Origin: Anthoceros angustus
Taxonomy: Eukaryota > Plantae > Anthocerotophyta
Direction of reading: 5' to 3'
Assembly: GCA_010909165.1 (NCBI GenBank)
Contig: MU008188.1
Coordinates: forward strand, 1 to 64,000
DNA: 64,000 nt
The notes beneath the pieces were generated by a model. It saw nothing but the letters and a program-made list of their open reading frames with translations. It was not told the origin of the DNA and searched no databases. Below are positions 51,401-62,920 of the stretch, piece by piece. Made by a program: the position numbers and the translations under genes. Position 1 is the first letter of the stretch; each line of letters opens with the position of its first letter.

Positions 51401-51893
51401 AAGAGCCCGAGGAGGCGGATGCGGCCAAGCGTGAGCCTTGAGGTGTCAGCGCAGCCGGGGAGGATGGGCGAGGGCCTCGAAGGAGGAAGGAATAGCAGGA
51501 CCCAAGCCGGAGGAGGGGCAGTGGCGAGATGGGCCCCAACGGTGGGTGGTCATGTGGTGAGGTTGGGACTTGAGATCGGACCACAGTAATGGTCGGACCT
51601 GAGGTCCGAACTGCAGTAAGACGGGACCCGAGGTCCGGCTCGAAATAAGGCCGACCAAGATCGGACCGGGTCGAGCCCGGACCCGAGTCCGGACTTAGAG
51701 AGAGGAGTCACCCCAACTGCCGGGGAGGCGGTCAGAGGTGGCCCATGGGCGGGGATGTCGCGCCACGCGGCGCAGCGGACATGGCGCATGCCATCCTATC
51801 AAAATCCACAAAACAAAAAGTCTTTCAACTACTTGCTATCAACTCATAACCTTGGGCCACATGCGTCATCACCACCTCCGTCACGCGCTAAAA

Positions 51894-52417
51894 TGGCAAA
51901 ATTTACCGACTTGGGATGGTTGTCCTCAGACACCACACAAGCATCACAAGGTGCTCGAAAATGCTTGGGATCTGTCTGGCTGTTCTATTGAATCAGACAT
52001 CAACAATCCGCCCTCAATGACGGATTGCTGGACTTTGTAGCCTACACCGCCGCCGATCTTAATTACTGGCCCGAATTCCGAAGCGCCGTGATCACACCCG
52101 CACATGTCGGGAGATCTTCGCCGAGCCGTAATTGCGCTTGACCAGATTCTCGCTTGTATGGTCCACATAACCACGACACCATCCTATTTCCATACCCATG
52201 CCACTCATCATGCCACCACACACATAGCACACGCACACCATCACACTTTATTTCTTATCTACCTCTTTCTACCATCATACATGATACCGCGCCACGGCCG
52301 CAGATAGCGACATGGCAGATGCCATCCTATCAAAATCCACAAAACAAAAAGTCTTTCAACTACTTGCTATCAACTCATAACCTTCACATGCGTCATCACC
52401 ACCTCCTGCGTTTCACA
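51894..52417 (-). repeat. Complete Gypsy-E LTR (B+A, about 520 bp, TG...CA)
   Basis: Starts TGTGA after a G-rich tract (about 52425-52433) and ends ...TTTTGCCA. Its two halves recur at 51754-51885 and 60386-60758. Confidence 0.75.
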
Positions 52418-54114
52418 ATAAATGGCCCCCGCCAAAGTTGGCTCGTATGTCATGTTGAAAGCACCACTTTGGCACTCTCAAATGCCGTAGAATCGTCGGT
52501 AAAACCTTCGAACATGCCATCCCTTAGTTGTGGTTCCGACGGTTTATCGTGATCCATTCTCCCCGTAATAACGCGCCACACGCCGCTCTTCCGGATCGAA
52601 ATACTCATCAACTTGTGCTTTGCCCAACTGCCGTTCTTTCGCTCGATGCCGCCATGAGTTCTTCTTCTTCATCGCTATCTAGTCTTCACCTAGCCACCCA
52701 TTCAAACCATTTACATAATAATCTTTTTCGATACATGCCCCTCGATAATCACCCACATTGTCGTCGAAGATACCAAGATTCGAGTGGCTTCATCCCATTC
52801 CAACACTCGTAAGCAAGCAAACACCAGAAAGCTCGTGGGTACCGATAAAACGCCCTTTTCTGCAAGTGACTTAGCCAAACTTTCGACTTCGAGGTCGCTG
52901 GTTTTCCTTGTGCGTACATTAAGAACCCTTGGTGGGCGTTGATCAAACACCGATGCATGAACAGGTGATGTTCCGTTGAAAGGCCCCTTCACGAATCGGT
53001 CCACGAAGCTTTGCCTGCTCATGCCCCTTCCGCCACTCAAAAAGATCTCTATGATCATAAGGAAAACTCTCTATGTTGCAGCCCTCATGGTGTGATTCCA
53101 TATACAGCAAAATGCTTGCAACTCCGTAAATGTCTCGGTCGTTCGGGTTTACCAGGATACTTCCTTACCAAAGGTGTTTTCCACTTGTCTTCCCATGGCC
53201 TCGTCTGAAATTGCGGAACACTTGTGCTCATTCTCCTAAGCATGATTTGCAAGTGTGGTCCGCTTCCATATCCATGTCAACCACCGTGTTGTCCCCAACG
53301 AGAACCCTCTTTGATGCTCTCGAATTTGGAAAACGGGTGTTGTTAGTGTTGGTCAAACAACCATATGAACTGTTGATTCTCGAAGACTACCTATGTTGCA
53401 ATCGGCCTTGCAAAGCGAGTGTCTTGCTTGTTAGTCAACACAAGTCGCCCGATTGCAACGATCGAATGTCACTTGGTCTTACCTGTGTCCCGCCATCGTC
53501 ACTTGCCGCCTACATACAAACATGCCATGCACCTCTCGCTCGTGCTCACATCCGGATACTTGATGCCATGACCACCTTCGCGCTTGTTCTTCACCCCAAT
53601 TCTTCTGATCACCGCCTTCACTTTTGTCACTTGAGCTATCCCTATCTACACCCGCAACTACATGCCTTAACACTGACCGCCGTGTGCTGCCACCGATGTT
53701 CCATCGTCATCGCCTTTCCTTCACCGCAACAACTCGTTGATGTCCCGGATCAGCCGCCTTCCTTGCTTCTCGCACCCACACGGTCACCACAATTAGCTTT
53801 CTCCCACATGCACCGTGATGACCTGCTTCACCTTCTCGCACCGCTACCGCATCGATGCACTCACACTGTATTTCTGCCTTGTCGCCTTCCAATGGATCAA
53901 TCCTCCGCCCTATTGAATCCTCCTTCGTGCCCGCCAATCCTCCGTCCACACCTTTACTTCCTTGCGCCGCCAACCCCAGACGCCTCACACACAACCCGCA
54001 TATCGATAAGGCAAGTAACGGGTTTTATAGACCTTCCCTTTAGTGACTCTCTTCCGCACGCCCACACCGTGAGTGCGCTTTACCCGCCCCGCTTCTTTCC
54101 GCCCTAACTTTTCC

Positions 54115-54250
54115 GTGCATTTGTGACAAAACCATTCTCCTTCCGGATCGCTTTCAGCGGTCGAAGACAAAAGACATGATGTCCTTGGTTGCCGGTCACA
54201 CAAGCATTAGTTCGGTCGTTGATTTGACCAGTGTTCGCACGGCAGATCAA
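54115..54250 (-). pseudogene. PHD finger downstream of integrase
   Basis: Across frames: LICR...MCD...NQGHHVFCLRPL...PEGEWFCHKC (ORFs 54104..54349 and 53985..54203), the C4HC3 PHD pattern. Confidence 0.8.
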
Positions 54251-54449
54251 CAGTGGCTTCCATGCTTGTGGTTGTATGCGTATCAAGATTCGGCAAGTGG
54301 CAGGCGATGTCGCATGTGCTCCTTGCATCGCCCCATCTTGCCCTTCCAACTCGATGACCCTTGCTCACCAACGCTCACCACTCTCAAAATCAACCGTCCG
54401 TGTTTACGCCCAAGTGCCGGAAGGATGTTGAAGATACACGAAATCACCC

Positions 54450-55300
54450 ACGAACTTTCGCCTTTGGCTTCCATGATCCTCCTCGTGTGAATGCATACCT
54501 CAATTGATCTCCGGCGTGCGATGGCGATTGTCCATCGCCATGGGTATCACTCGTTGTAACAACTTGGGTTTCTAACTCGAGCAACACTCATCCACATCTT
54601 GTGTCCATCCATCGGTTTGGAATATGTGCCGCCACTATGTTGGGCAGCACAAAGATTCGCCAAACATGATGTAGGTAAGTTGCCTGGTGACACCGATCCC
54701 AGAGCCTGTGGCAACGTGGTAGCAACTCATCCCAACAATTAGGCTCGATTCCGTGCAAGTGCGAAGTGAATCCTTGAAAGTTTGCACCTTTCGCTAAACC
54801 ATCTCGAGGATGATCCGTGACGTGCGTCGTGATCTATCAAACTCCGATCCAACAACGCTTGGAACTCTCCTCAATTCGCTGATCTCGTCACACCTCGCAC
54901 GCTTCCATATCTGCTCAAAACGCACTGTAAGAAAGCTCGTGCTGTGAATTGGGAAGTTCTGACTGGAAGGAATGCCAATTCCATCCACTTGGAGAAGTGT
55001 TCTATCATGAGCATACAATGCTTGTTGCCTTGCTTGGTCAATGGTAGCTCTGGCATGAGGTCAACGGACCATCGAAAGAACAGACCCCGAATAGGCAGCG
55101 AATGCAACACCACATCCTGGCTGTTGAACCTTGCTTTGACTGCATCACAAGCAGCACATCTCGACACCACTCCGCCGTGAGTACATTCCGGACCAAAAAT
55201 AGGCACTCTTCACATATGATGCGTCCTTTTACAAGTGCCCAAGTGTCTTGTGCACTTTACTCACTATCTGCTCCTTTCCTCTATGGGAGGGACCATTTTA
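54450..55300 (-). pseudogene. Gypsy-E DDE integrase
   Basis: Zn-binding CAAC and core LFFRWSVDL...LMIEHFSKWME (ORF 54871..55206). DQ and HP...DGLA motifs read across frames at about 54790-54890. Confidence 0.88.
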
Positions 55301-55549
55301 CACACCACGATCATCACTAACAATTTGCCATCCCTCTGTATACCTCATGACCTTCCGTCGAGCTTTTGAACGGGCTGCATCTAGTCCAACTACTTGTCCT
55401 TCCTTCAATAGTGAATAGCATGCCCATATTCCATATGTCTCGCCCCCCTCATTGAGTTGTTTTCTTCCTTCGACTTGTGGCCATGAGAGCCATATACATG
55501 CTTGGCATGTAACGAGCATGATCAAAATCGCCGCAGTCCCATCTTTGTC

Positions 55550-56750
55550 ATCAAGTCGGGTTCTGCTAAGTCCATCCGCATTGTGATGTACTTTGCCTGC
55601 CCGGTGCACTATGTGCATATCATATTCTGACAGCAGCAACGCCCACCTTGCGAGCTTGCCACTCAACTTCATGTTCGTCATTAACCAGTGCAACGGCTGG
55701 TGATCGGTCACGAGTTGGAAGCTCCTGCCGAACAAATAAATTCTGAAATGTAGAACTGCCCACACCGCAGCCAAACATTCACCCTCATACGACGAATAAT
55801 TGGCTTCCGCGAATTGTTCGACCTACTCGCATACGCAATCACTCTTTCTTTTCCTTCCTGATCCACCTGTGCAAGTACAGCTCCGATTCCAGTTGCACTC
55901 CAGTCGGTATACAGAGTGAACGGTTTTTCAAAATCAGGCCGTTTGAGCATGGGCCTTTCTGACAATTGATCCTTTAACTCCTGCCAAGCATGTTCATGTT
56001 TCTGCTCCCATCCATGTGCCCCTTTTCATCGATCATACAATACCTTGCAAGTCTGCTCATGTTCGATGAATCGGCGATAATAGCGAGTCCCAAGAATGCT
56101 CTCAACGCTACGTCCCTTGGTCTTGGCATAAGATTGAACCGCACCTTCGCGGCGACGCCTCGGCACAATCTTGTGGCCCAAGTATTCTATCTCCTTGTAA
56201 GCAAACTTACTCACTTCTTGGATGTCTCTGCAGCAACGCTTGGTGTCTGAATGTGTTCCTCTCATAAACACCAAAATGTCATCAATGTAACACCTCACGA
56301 ATGGTAATCCTTGCAACTCCAAGTCTCGCCACCCTCCGAAAGTAGATGGCGTTTTTTCAGCCCAAAAGGCATCGTCTCCCATTCCCACAATTTCTTTTTG
56401 CCCCGTTTTTTACACTTGTCTTCTTCGATGACAATTTGATTGAATCGAACTAAAGTCCAACGTCAGAAATACTTGGCTTCAATCGCGTCAAAGATTTCAT
56501 CCGGGGTAGGCATGGGATATCGCTCCATAGGCGTTACCTCATTCCCGATAATCTCCACACATCCGCTTTGTCCTTCCATTCGCTGCCTTTTCTTTAGCGG
56601 AAGGACCGTGGCACAGATATCGTGAACTTGATTTCCGAATTAATCCGCAAGTTCCCTACACCGTTTATCCACAATGTCCCACTGGCTCAACTTGCCGGAA
56701 AACCGCTCATTGGTAGTAGTGATGATTTTGAACTTGATGCGCTCATAACG
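55550..56750 (-). pseudogene. Gypsy-E reverse transcriptase and RNase H
   Basis: DRYPMPTPDEIFD (about 56490-56525), FVRCYIDDILVF (YIDD at 56278-56289), RPDFEKPFTLYTDWS...VIAYASRS (55708..55965) and FQLVTDHQPL...RWALLLSEYD...NADGLSR (55298..55774). Confidence 0.93.
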
Positions 56751-57019
56751 GCTCTTGCCTTGCCACCGAAGGTACCCGATTCTTCTCCAAAGATCTCCGG
56801 ATCCCGCATTGATCCTTATTCAAGTCCTCACATATTTGCCATACATGAGTTGAATGCCCACTCGTGCTTTCCACTCACGATACTTCTCCGCACTATTCGC
56901 GACATTTGGGTACTTGTCACTGACCGTAAGCTCTTCCCGTCACCCATCATCATACCCGACCTTCTGTATCTCGACTTGCATTCACCGTGTGGCTATTCCC
57001 ACACTCACCAACCATTGAA

Positions 57020-57830
57020 CACAGTCGTCAAATGCTTGTCCCGGTTTGCATCCGAAAGCTTGACACACCTCGCGTAGGTGCTGCCATCAAAACCCATCGC
57101 TGCTCCCGCTCTACAATCGTGGGTTCCCCATCTCCTCACCATTCATGTTCAATACCATGCCCGCACCACCGGCGAAAGGCATATGGTGAGCCGTCTTGAC
57201 GATGTGCCAAGCTCCGGTTCTCCCACAATATTGACAGGATAGTGTGGCAACCTATCCATCCTGCTCACTGCGATCGCTGCCTCCTCAAGGATCCCATCCA
57301 GTTCCGCTTAGTTGGTGTGGTTAAACTGATCGCTGAGTGTTTCCACACTGCAATGTCGCTGCAGACGATGAGCATACGACCGCTTTGCACCGTCAATGAT
57401 GAACTCCTCGCCCGCCTCGACCTTTTCATAATTTTCTCTCACATGACCCTTGTCAAAGCTCCGCAAACATTCTCCAGCAAGTACCAACATGCCGGATTGC
57501 ATCGCTGCACTTCTCTCGTATCTTCCGCCCGACTGCTGTTGCCTTGACCACGTCCCTTGGAAAAGGTCTTGCACTCCCATCCGCAATCAGTCAACCGGGC
57601 ATCTCATTGCATGCGTGCTTTTCCCACCAGCATCACATCGGCTTTCTGGCACCCTCTTATGGCTTCCACACTCGCAAGCTCGGATGCATTTTTGTAGCGA
57701 TAATCCCGGATTTGGCCAACGCCCGAGTCTTCTCATCAATTTCTACACGTATACTTCCGCACAATCCCACATCGCAGACACACTCCCACTACTAATCCCC
57801 GAACACAACTCCATGAGATGGATGCCTGTT
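57020..57830 (-). pseudogene. C5-cytosine DNA methyltransferase domain inside the Gypsy polyprotein (frameshifted in this sequence)
   Basis: Motifs in canonical order across frames: I GIHLMELCSGISSG (57785-57826), II VRKYT.EID (about 57735-57760), IV WEC then QDL (about 57560-57579), VI YLLENV (57466-57483), VIII D...SYAHRL (57362-57395), IX ERE.AMGF (about 57089-57113), X GQAFD (57027-57041). Confidence 0.85.
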
Positions 57831-58199
57831 CATGCACTCGCCACCGAATCACTTGGTTATCGATCGATTTCCCAGATTTCCTATGATCGTCAGTGGCGTG
57901 CTTCTTCCAGACAATTGTGTGATTCGCCATATTTGCATCCGCCGCCGAACACGCTCTCTTTCCAAAGCCTTCACGGGTGGGTACTCACGCGCACATCATT
58001 CGATGTCGTGCTTTCTTCGACACCTCGTGTCGTGCAGTCTTGTGTCTCTTCCCACACCTCCCTCGGTGAACACTCCGGCACGCCGTGAACGCCAAAGATA
58101 CTTCTTGATCTTTCACCATGCCTCCTCATGTCCGGAGGAATTCGCGACATGTGTGAAATCTCCATCCCGCCACTTTGGCCTATAAACGCCACAGGTGCG

Positions 58200-58480
58200 G
58201 GATCCACCCCATTGTCGCCCGCGTATCCGCACCCAATAACACATCATAGTTTCGCATCAAAACCAAACAATGTACTTCCACCACACACGCATCTGCTGTT
58301 CTCGGCTTATACTCTATCCGAATCGGATCGCGAGTCATCCCCATCACTGCTCTTTGGTGCTGATGTGGTGATCCGTACCTCACCGGCACTTGTCTCCATA
58401 CGCGGTGCTTCTTGCACCGTCCCCAAGCAACACCGGATCGGCACGGTGTCTACTAACACACACTCCGGCAAAAGCCATTG
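58200..58480 (-). pseudogene. Gypsy-E aspartic protease
   Basis: SVLVDT(G)A at about 58440-58465 (1-nt indel) and NYDVLLG at about 58230-58250. Confidence 0.7.
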
Positions 58481-58899
58481 ACGGTGACTTCTCGTCGCGA
58501 TTCTTCACTAACGCTATTCCACCTTTCCCTAGCCGGCTTTAGGTGATCACCACGTGGTGACAAGCCGGACACCATGTTCAACTCGGGCTTCCTTCTTAAT
58601 CCATGCCCGCATTGCTTGCTTGAACGGTTGTGTCCGGATCCCTGTGTCCCGCAAACTTACCAGGTACATCCATGGCTTTTTCCAATGAATCTAGCAGGGA
58701 ACAACCTCATCGATGTGTGACGTCCCTCCCCGGATCTCGAATGACTTGGGCATTCTCAATCGATTCCTATCCCCATCGGCCTTCACTTTTACACCCTTGC
58801 CGAAATCAATGCTTCCCACTTTGGTCCGCCTTGACCTTTCCGTCATCAACGCAAACACATCTTCGTCCGTCATAGGTTTCTCGCCGACATGAGTCCTTG

Positions 58900-60330
58900 T
58901 TTATGCTCACGCTCATAGCCACCGCTCTGCCGCTGACCTCACTAAGCGGCTAGTGTAGCTCGCACCCGTTCGCTTGTCCATTGCTCGGTCTCCTAGGCCC
59001 TTGGGTTTGAGTTCAGGGATGGGCTTGCTGCCCGTATGTCCGGTTTTACCACATGCCCGCACGCCTCTTTCTCCTTTGACCCACCAACACGATGCTCACA
59101 TTCATACGCCTTGTGCGGCCCCTTGCACCGCAAACACTTTACGGATGTCTTGAAGCTTACGCCATGAGCCACTTTGATCCTTTGATGGCGGCTCTGCTGA
59201 GCGTTCACCGCACATGCTCGCGATAATGTGACTTCCTGTGCTGCTCAATGTTCAAGTTGGTGTGACCTCGATCACATTGTGCTCCTCCCGAAGCATTGGT
59301 GACAGATCTCCTTCATAACTCTTTCGGCCATCTCGACGCTGCTCCAACTCATAATCGCCCATGTAGCATATGCAGTTGGCGATCACCCTCCTCTGTCTCG
59401 GCGGAATGTATATTTGCGCTCTCCTCATGGTCTTCACCTTGGTGTCTTTCACCACCCTCAACCGTAGATATGCGGATCTTAGAGGCTCATTCGGCTTGAT
59501 CACAAACTTTGACAACTCTTGGATTTTCTCAATGGAAGATCCGGAACATCTCACCAAACTTGACGAACATCTCGTCCACCAAATAAGTGATGACCTCGAT
59601 TGCGATGAACCCGATGATCCCGGGTTCTTCATCATCGACCTTGAGCCTTTCCTTGCCCGCTTCATTCGCGACATGTGTGTGCATCCTGCGATCTTTCTTT
59701 GCGATCACGATAGCGTGTTAAAGCTTCACCGGCTAGAAACGCGTGCTCATCTTTCCGAGTGCCATCTCGGTGTGAACTCGGACTTGTATTTGAGCACCAT
59801 CTCATCAATCGCCCATCCGAACTTCTCTTCAAAGTCGCAAGAGACATACTACCGTGTCTACCTGTGAACACATCATTTTCCGGGCCTGGTTCATAATCCA
59901 TCCCGGCGCCACCACGATTTTCTTCAAAGTCAATGGATCCTAGGAGTGTGACTCCACTCAAATCGACCACTTGTCCTACGGACCGAAGGAAGTGCCCCGG
60001 ATTGTAAGCTCCGGTGTGCTCATTCCACCCCGACCGTAACAACACCATCACTATCAATCCCTCCCCTGCGAGAGACTATGTAAGGCATTAGTCAAAGTTG
60101 GTGTCCTTCCTTCCCCCGCCAACCATGCCGCTTGTCAATCACCTCACTCAGACGTTGCAAAATCTGCCGGCTCCACCAGATCGGCCCACTCTGAATGGAT
60201 CTCACGCATAAAACAATAATCCAAGGTGTTTTCTCGATCTACCACTATGGACTTATACGTGTCGTTCAGGCTTGGGGTCACCGATTGACTTCCTCTTCTC
60301 CGTCTTCCGCTCGAATCTCGGGCCCCTCTC
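58900..60330 (-). pseudogene. Gypsy-E gag region
   Basis: Zinc knuckle CLRCKGPHKAYEC and EPLRSAYLRL capsid-like segment (59252..59674), upstream of the protease. Confidence 0.6.
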
Positions 60331-60790
60331 GGACCCTTGAGTCGCGTTGCTACCTTGTGTGGCTTCACCAAAGATGGATTGTTGATGTGCAAAAATTCAT
60401 CGACTTGGGATGGTTGTCCTCGCACACATGACCAAGCATCACAAGGTGCTCAAAATGCTTGGGATCCGTCTGCTGTTCTATTGAATCGACATCAACAATC
60501 CGCCTCAATGACGGATTGGCCTTTGTAGCCTACACCGCCGATCTTACCATCTGGCCCGACCAAGGCCGTGATCACACCCGCACATGTCGGGAGATCTTCG
60601 CCACGAGCCGTAATTGCGCTTGACCCGCTTGTATGGTCCACATAACCCACGACACCATCCTATTTCCATACCCATGCCACTCATCATGCCACCACACACA
60701 TAGCTTTCGCGCACATCACACTCAGTTCTTATCTACCTCTTTCTGCTGCGTGCCATGACAGGGACCCACTCGAAGACCAGGAGAGGAGGA

Positions 60791-61664
60791 TGTGGTGGTG
60801 ACCGCGGTTTGTCAGAGCCGCGGTAGCCAACGACAAGGTCTCGGGAAGGAAGGTCCGCCTGATCATCCGATTGGGTGCGCCATGGCCTCGAGGCGGGGGT
60901 GGGGTCATCGGGCGGCGGAACCAAGGCATCCCAGGCCCACCGCCACCATGCGGGAGATAGGTGGAGAGGGAGTAAGATGGTGGCGGTGATTACACTGCGC
61001 CACCGACTCGAATAGGAGGTAATAAAGGCACCTTAGGCGTAGTATAAGAGGGCGAAGTTGCTCTAGTAAAGTATGTTTCTCTTGGTGTGGATACCGCATT
61101 TTCTTGCGAGACCACTTGTCGTCTTCTCGCTAACGTGAGTCTGAGTCGCGGCGAGGCACAGCGGCTGGGAGGCGATCCGAGTCACAGTGACGGACCCTAG
61201 CGTGTGGTGGTGTGCGAGGGCGAATGATGAGACCCTTGCTCGTCGGGCGGCGAGACCAAGCGTTGGACGGGGCCGGGCGTGTGAGCGGAGGAACTACAGG
61301 GCGTGTAGAGCCCAAACGAAGAGGCCCGGCGGAACGATGGAGGAGGTCCGGACCACGCAGCCCACCCGCCTTTTCCCCCAAGAACAATGAGTGTAGTGAG
61401 AGTGGTGAGAGGAACGGACTAGAAGAACAAGTGGCGGACTGGATTGATACAGACGCGAACGAGTCCTTAAACGTTTGGCGACGCCGAGCCTGTTCGGTGG
61501 ACGTTACGAGTAGTTAGTCATAAAACGATAAACGTGTGTGTCTAAGTCTGAAACGGTCACGGCGTTGAGGTGTGATTGAAGCGTAGCGTGGAGCCTATCA
61601 TTCTCTTGGGCGGACTCCGACTACGACCGCGGGATTGTGTGTGCTGGCCGTCGAGAATCACACA
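60791..61664 (+). repeat. Family D LTR copy 2
   Basis: PPT ggagaggagga, then TGTGGTGG...CACA with a TATAAGAG box at about 61043. Homologous to 48614-49432. Confidence 0.8.
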
Positions 61665-61669
61665 GCCGG

Positions 61670-62873
61670 GAGGAGCTTCACACGCAGTAAGCGTCCTCCC
61701 ATTGTTCTTCTAACTCTTCCTCGTAGTCATACTCCACTTGGTTCACGGGCCTGGAGGGGCAGTTAGCCTTCGAGTGCCCGTTTTGGTGGCACCCCACGCA
61801 CCATAAATGGGTCTAGACCGTGGTGGCCGCCTTCCGCCGCTCGCGATCTTTCACCTGGTTGATCGTTAACTCCTCCACCCTCTTCATTACCCGCTCCAGG
61901 TCCTCCCTCAAACCCGCTACTTCCTTTAAGGGAGCCGGATCAGATAGAGCCTCTCGCACCGGGGCAAGCATCACGACCTCCTTTTTCTCGCCCCTCCGTT
62001 TCACTACGGCCTTCTTCTTCTTATTTTTGCGGCGGGGTTCTTCCTCCTCCATAGAGACTTCGGACTCTACCTCGGAGATCTCCTCTTCCTCCGAAGAAAT
62101 CTCAGTCTCTTCACCTTCCTCTTCCAAGGGCTCCTCATCTTCAGACTCCGAACTCCGTCTCTTCTTCTTCCCTCCTTGGGTCGTCCTCGTTCTTCGTTGG
62201 TGCATCGATTCTTCATAGTTCTCGGCCGCCCGGACCGCTTTACTCACATCCTTCTCGGCCAGCAACAGCACATGCTTGGCCATTGGCTTAGGTAGGCCGG
62301 CCACGAACCATCGCACTGCCTGCATGGTGGTGTGGGTGGGATGTCACCCGGAGGCGTGAGAACCCGCTTCGATATACGAGCCCTTCCGTTTCCCCTTCGT
62401 GTTCTCGAGCTTGGACAGGACGTAGCCTTCCTGGTCAATTCACCGGAATCTTTCCGGGAAGGCATCCTTCAAAGCTTCAAAGGTCGAGGGCGTGCTCGGG
62501 TTCAGCGCTTCGCCGGTACCACTGAGCCTTGCAAGGACCCCTGAAAGCTTGATGAAATGCGTCAAGGCGTGCCCCAGCCTCTCCAGGTTGAAGTTTGCCC
62601 GGGACACAAAATCCTCCACGAAGGTTTCCTTGTCCCTCTCCTTCTTACCCCCAAAGAGGGAGTGTGCTTGCTTTGTTGACGTCGTAGCTACCGCCGCCCA
62701 AGGGATTGAGGATTCACCGTCCCCCTTACTGCCGCCGAAATTTGCACTCCGTCCTCCTCGCGGTCTGACAAATCTACCACGCTCACACTTACTTGCCTGC
62801 TGGGACCTTTGCGTTGAGCCTGCCGCCGCTCACGTTCTGAGCTCAAAGGCTCATGGTTAATGACGTCTCTCAC
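61670..62873 (-). pseudogene. Family D gag with CCHC zinc knuckle, truncated by the oppositely oriented LTR
   Basis: QAVRWFVAGLPKP...KAVRAAENYE (ORF 61813..62325) and CVGCHQNGHSKANCP at about 61756-61800. Confidence 0.8.
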
Positions 62874-62920
62874 CCAAAGTTGCCTAACCCCTCACTCGTC
62901 CTCTACGTATCTCAGACTCT

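Larger units (their letters stand above)
51754..60758 (-). mobile_element. Ty3/Gypsy retrotransposon (Gypsy-E) encoding a C5 DNA methyltransferase and a PHD finger, with circularly permuted LTRs
   Basis: Domain order gag (CLRCKGPHKAYEC about 59100-59140), PR, DNMT, RT, RH, INT, PHD, unknown. Terminal repeats: A at 60386-60758 = 51894-52285 and B at 52283-52417 = 51754-51885. Confidence 0.9.

Noticed and set aside
53130-54107. 325-aa plus-strand ORF
   Set aside because: It is antisense to the Gypsy-E polyprotein and has no recognisable motif, so it is probably a shadow ORF. It cannot be fully excluded.
51754-60758. Classification as a DIRS/PAT/Ngaro tyrosine-recombinase element
   Set aside because: The repeat layout fits, but it has a protease, Gypsy-type RT/RH and a DDE integrase, and I could not find R...HxxR...Y motifs.
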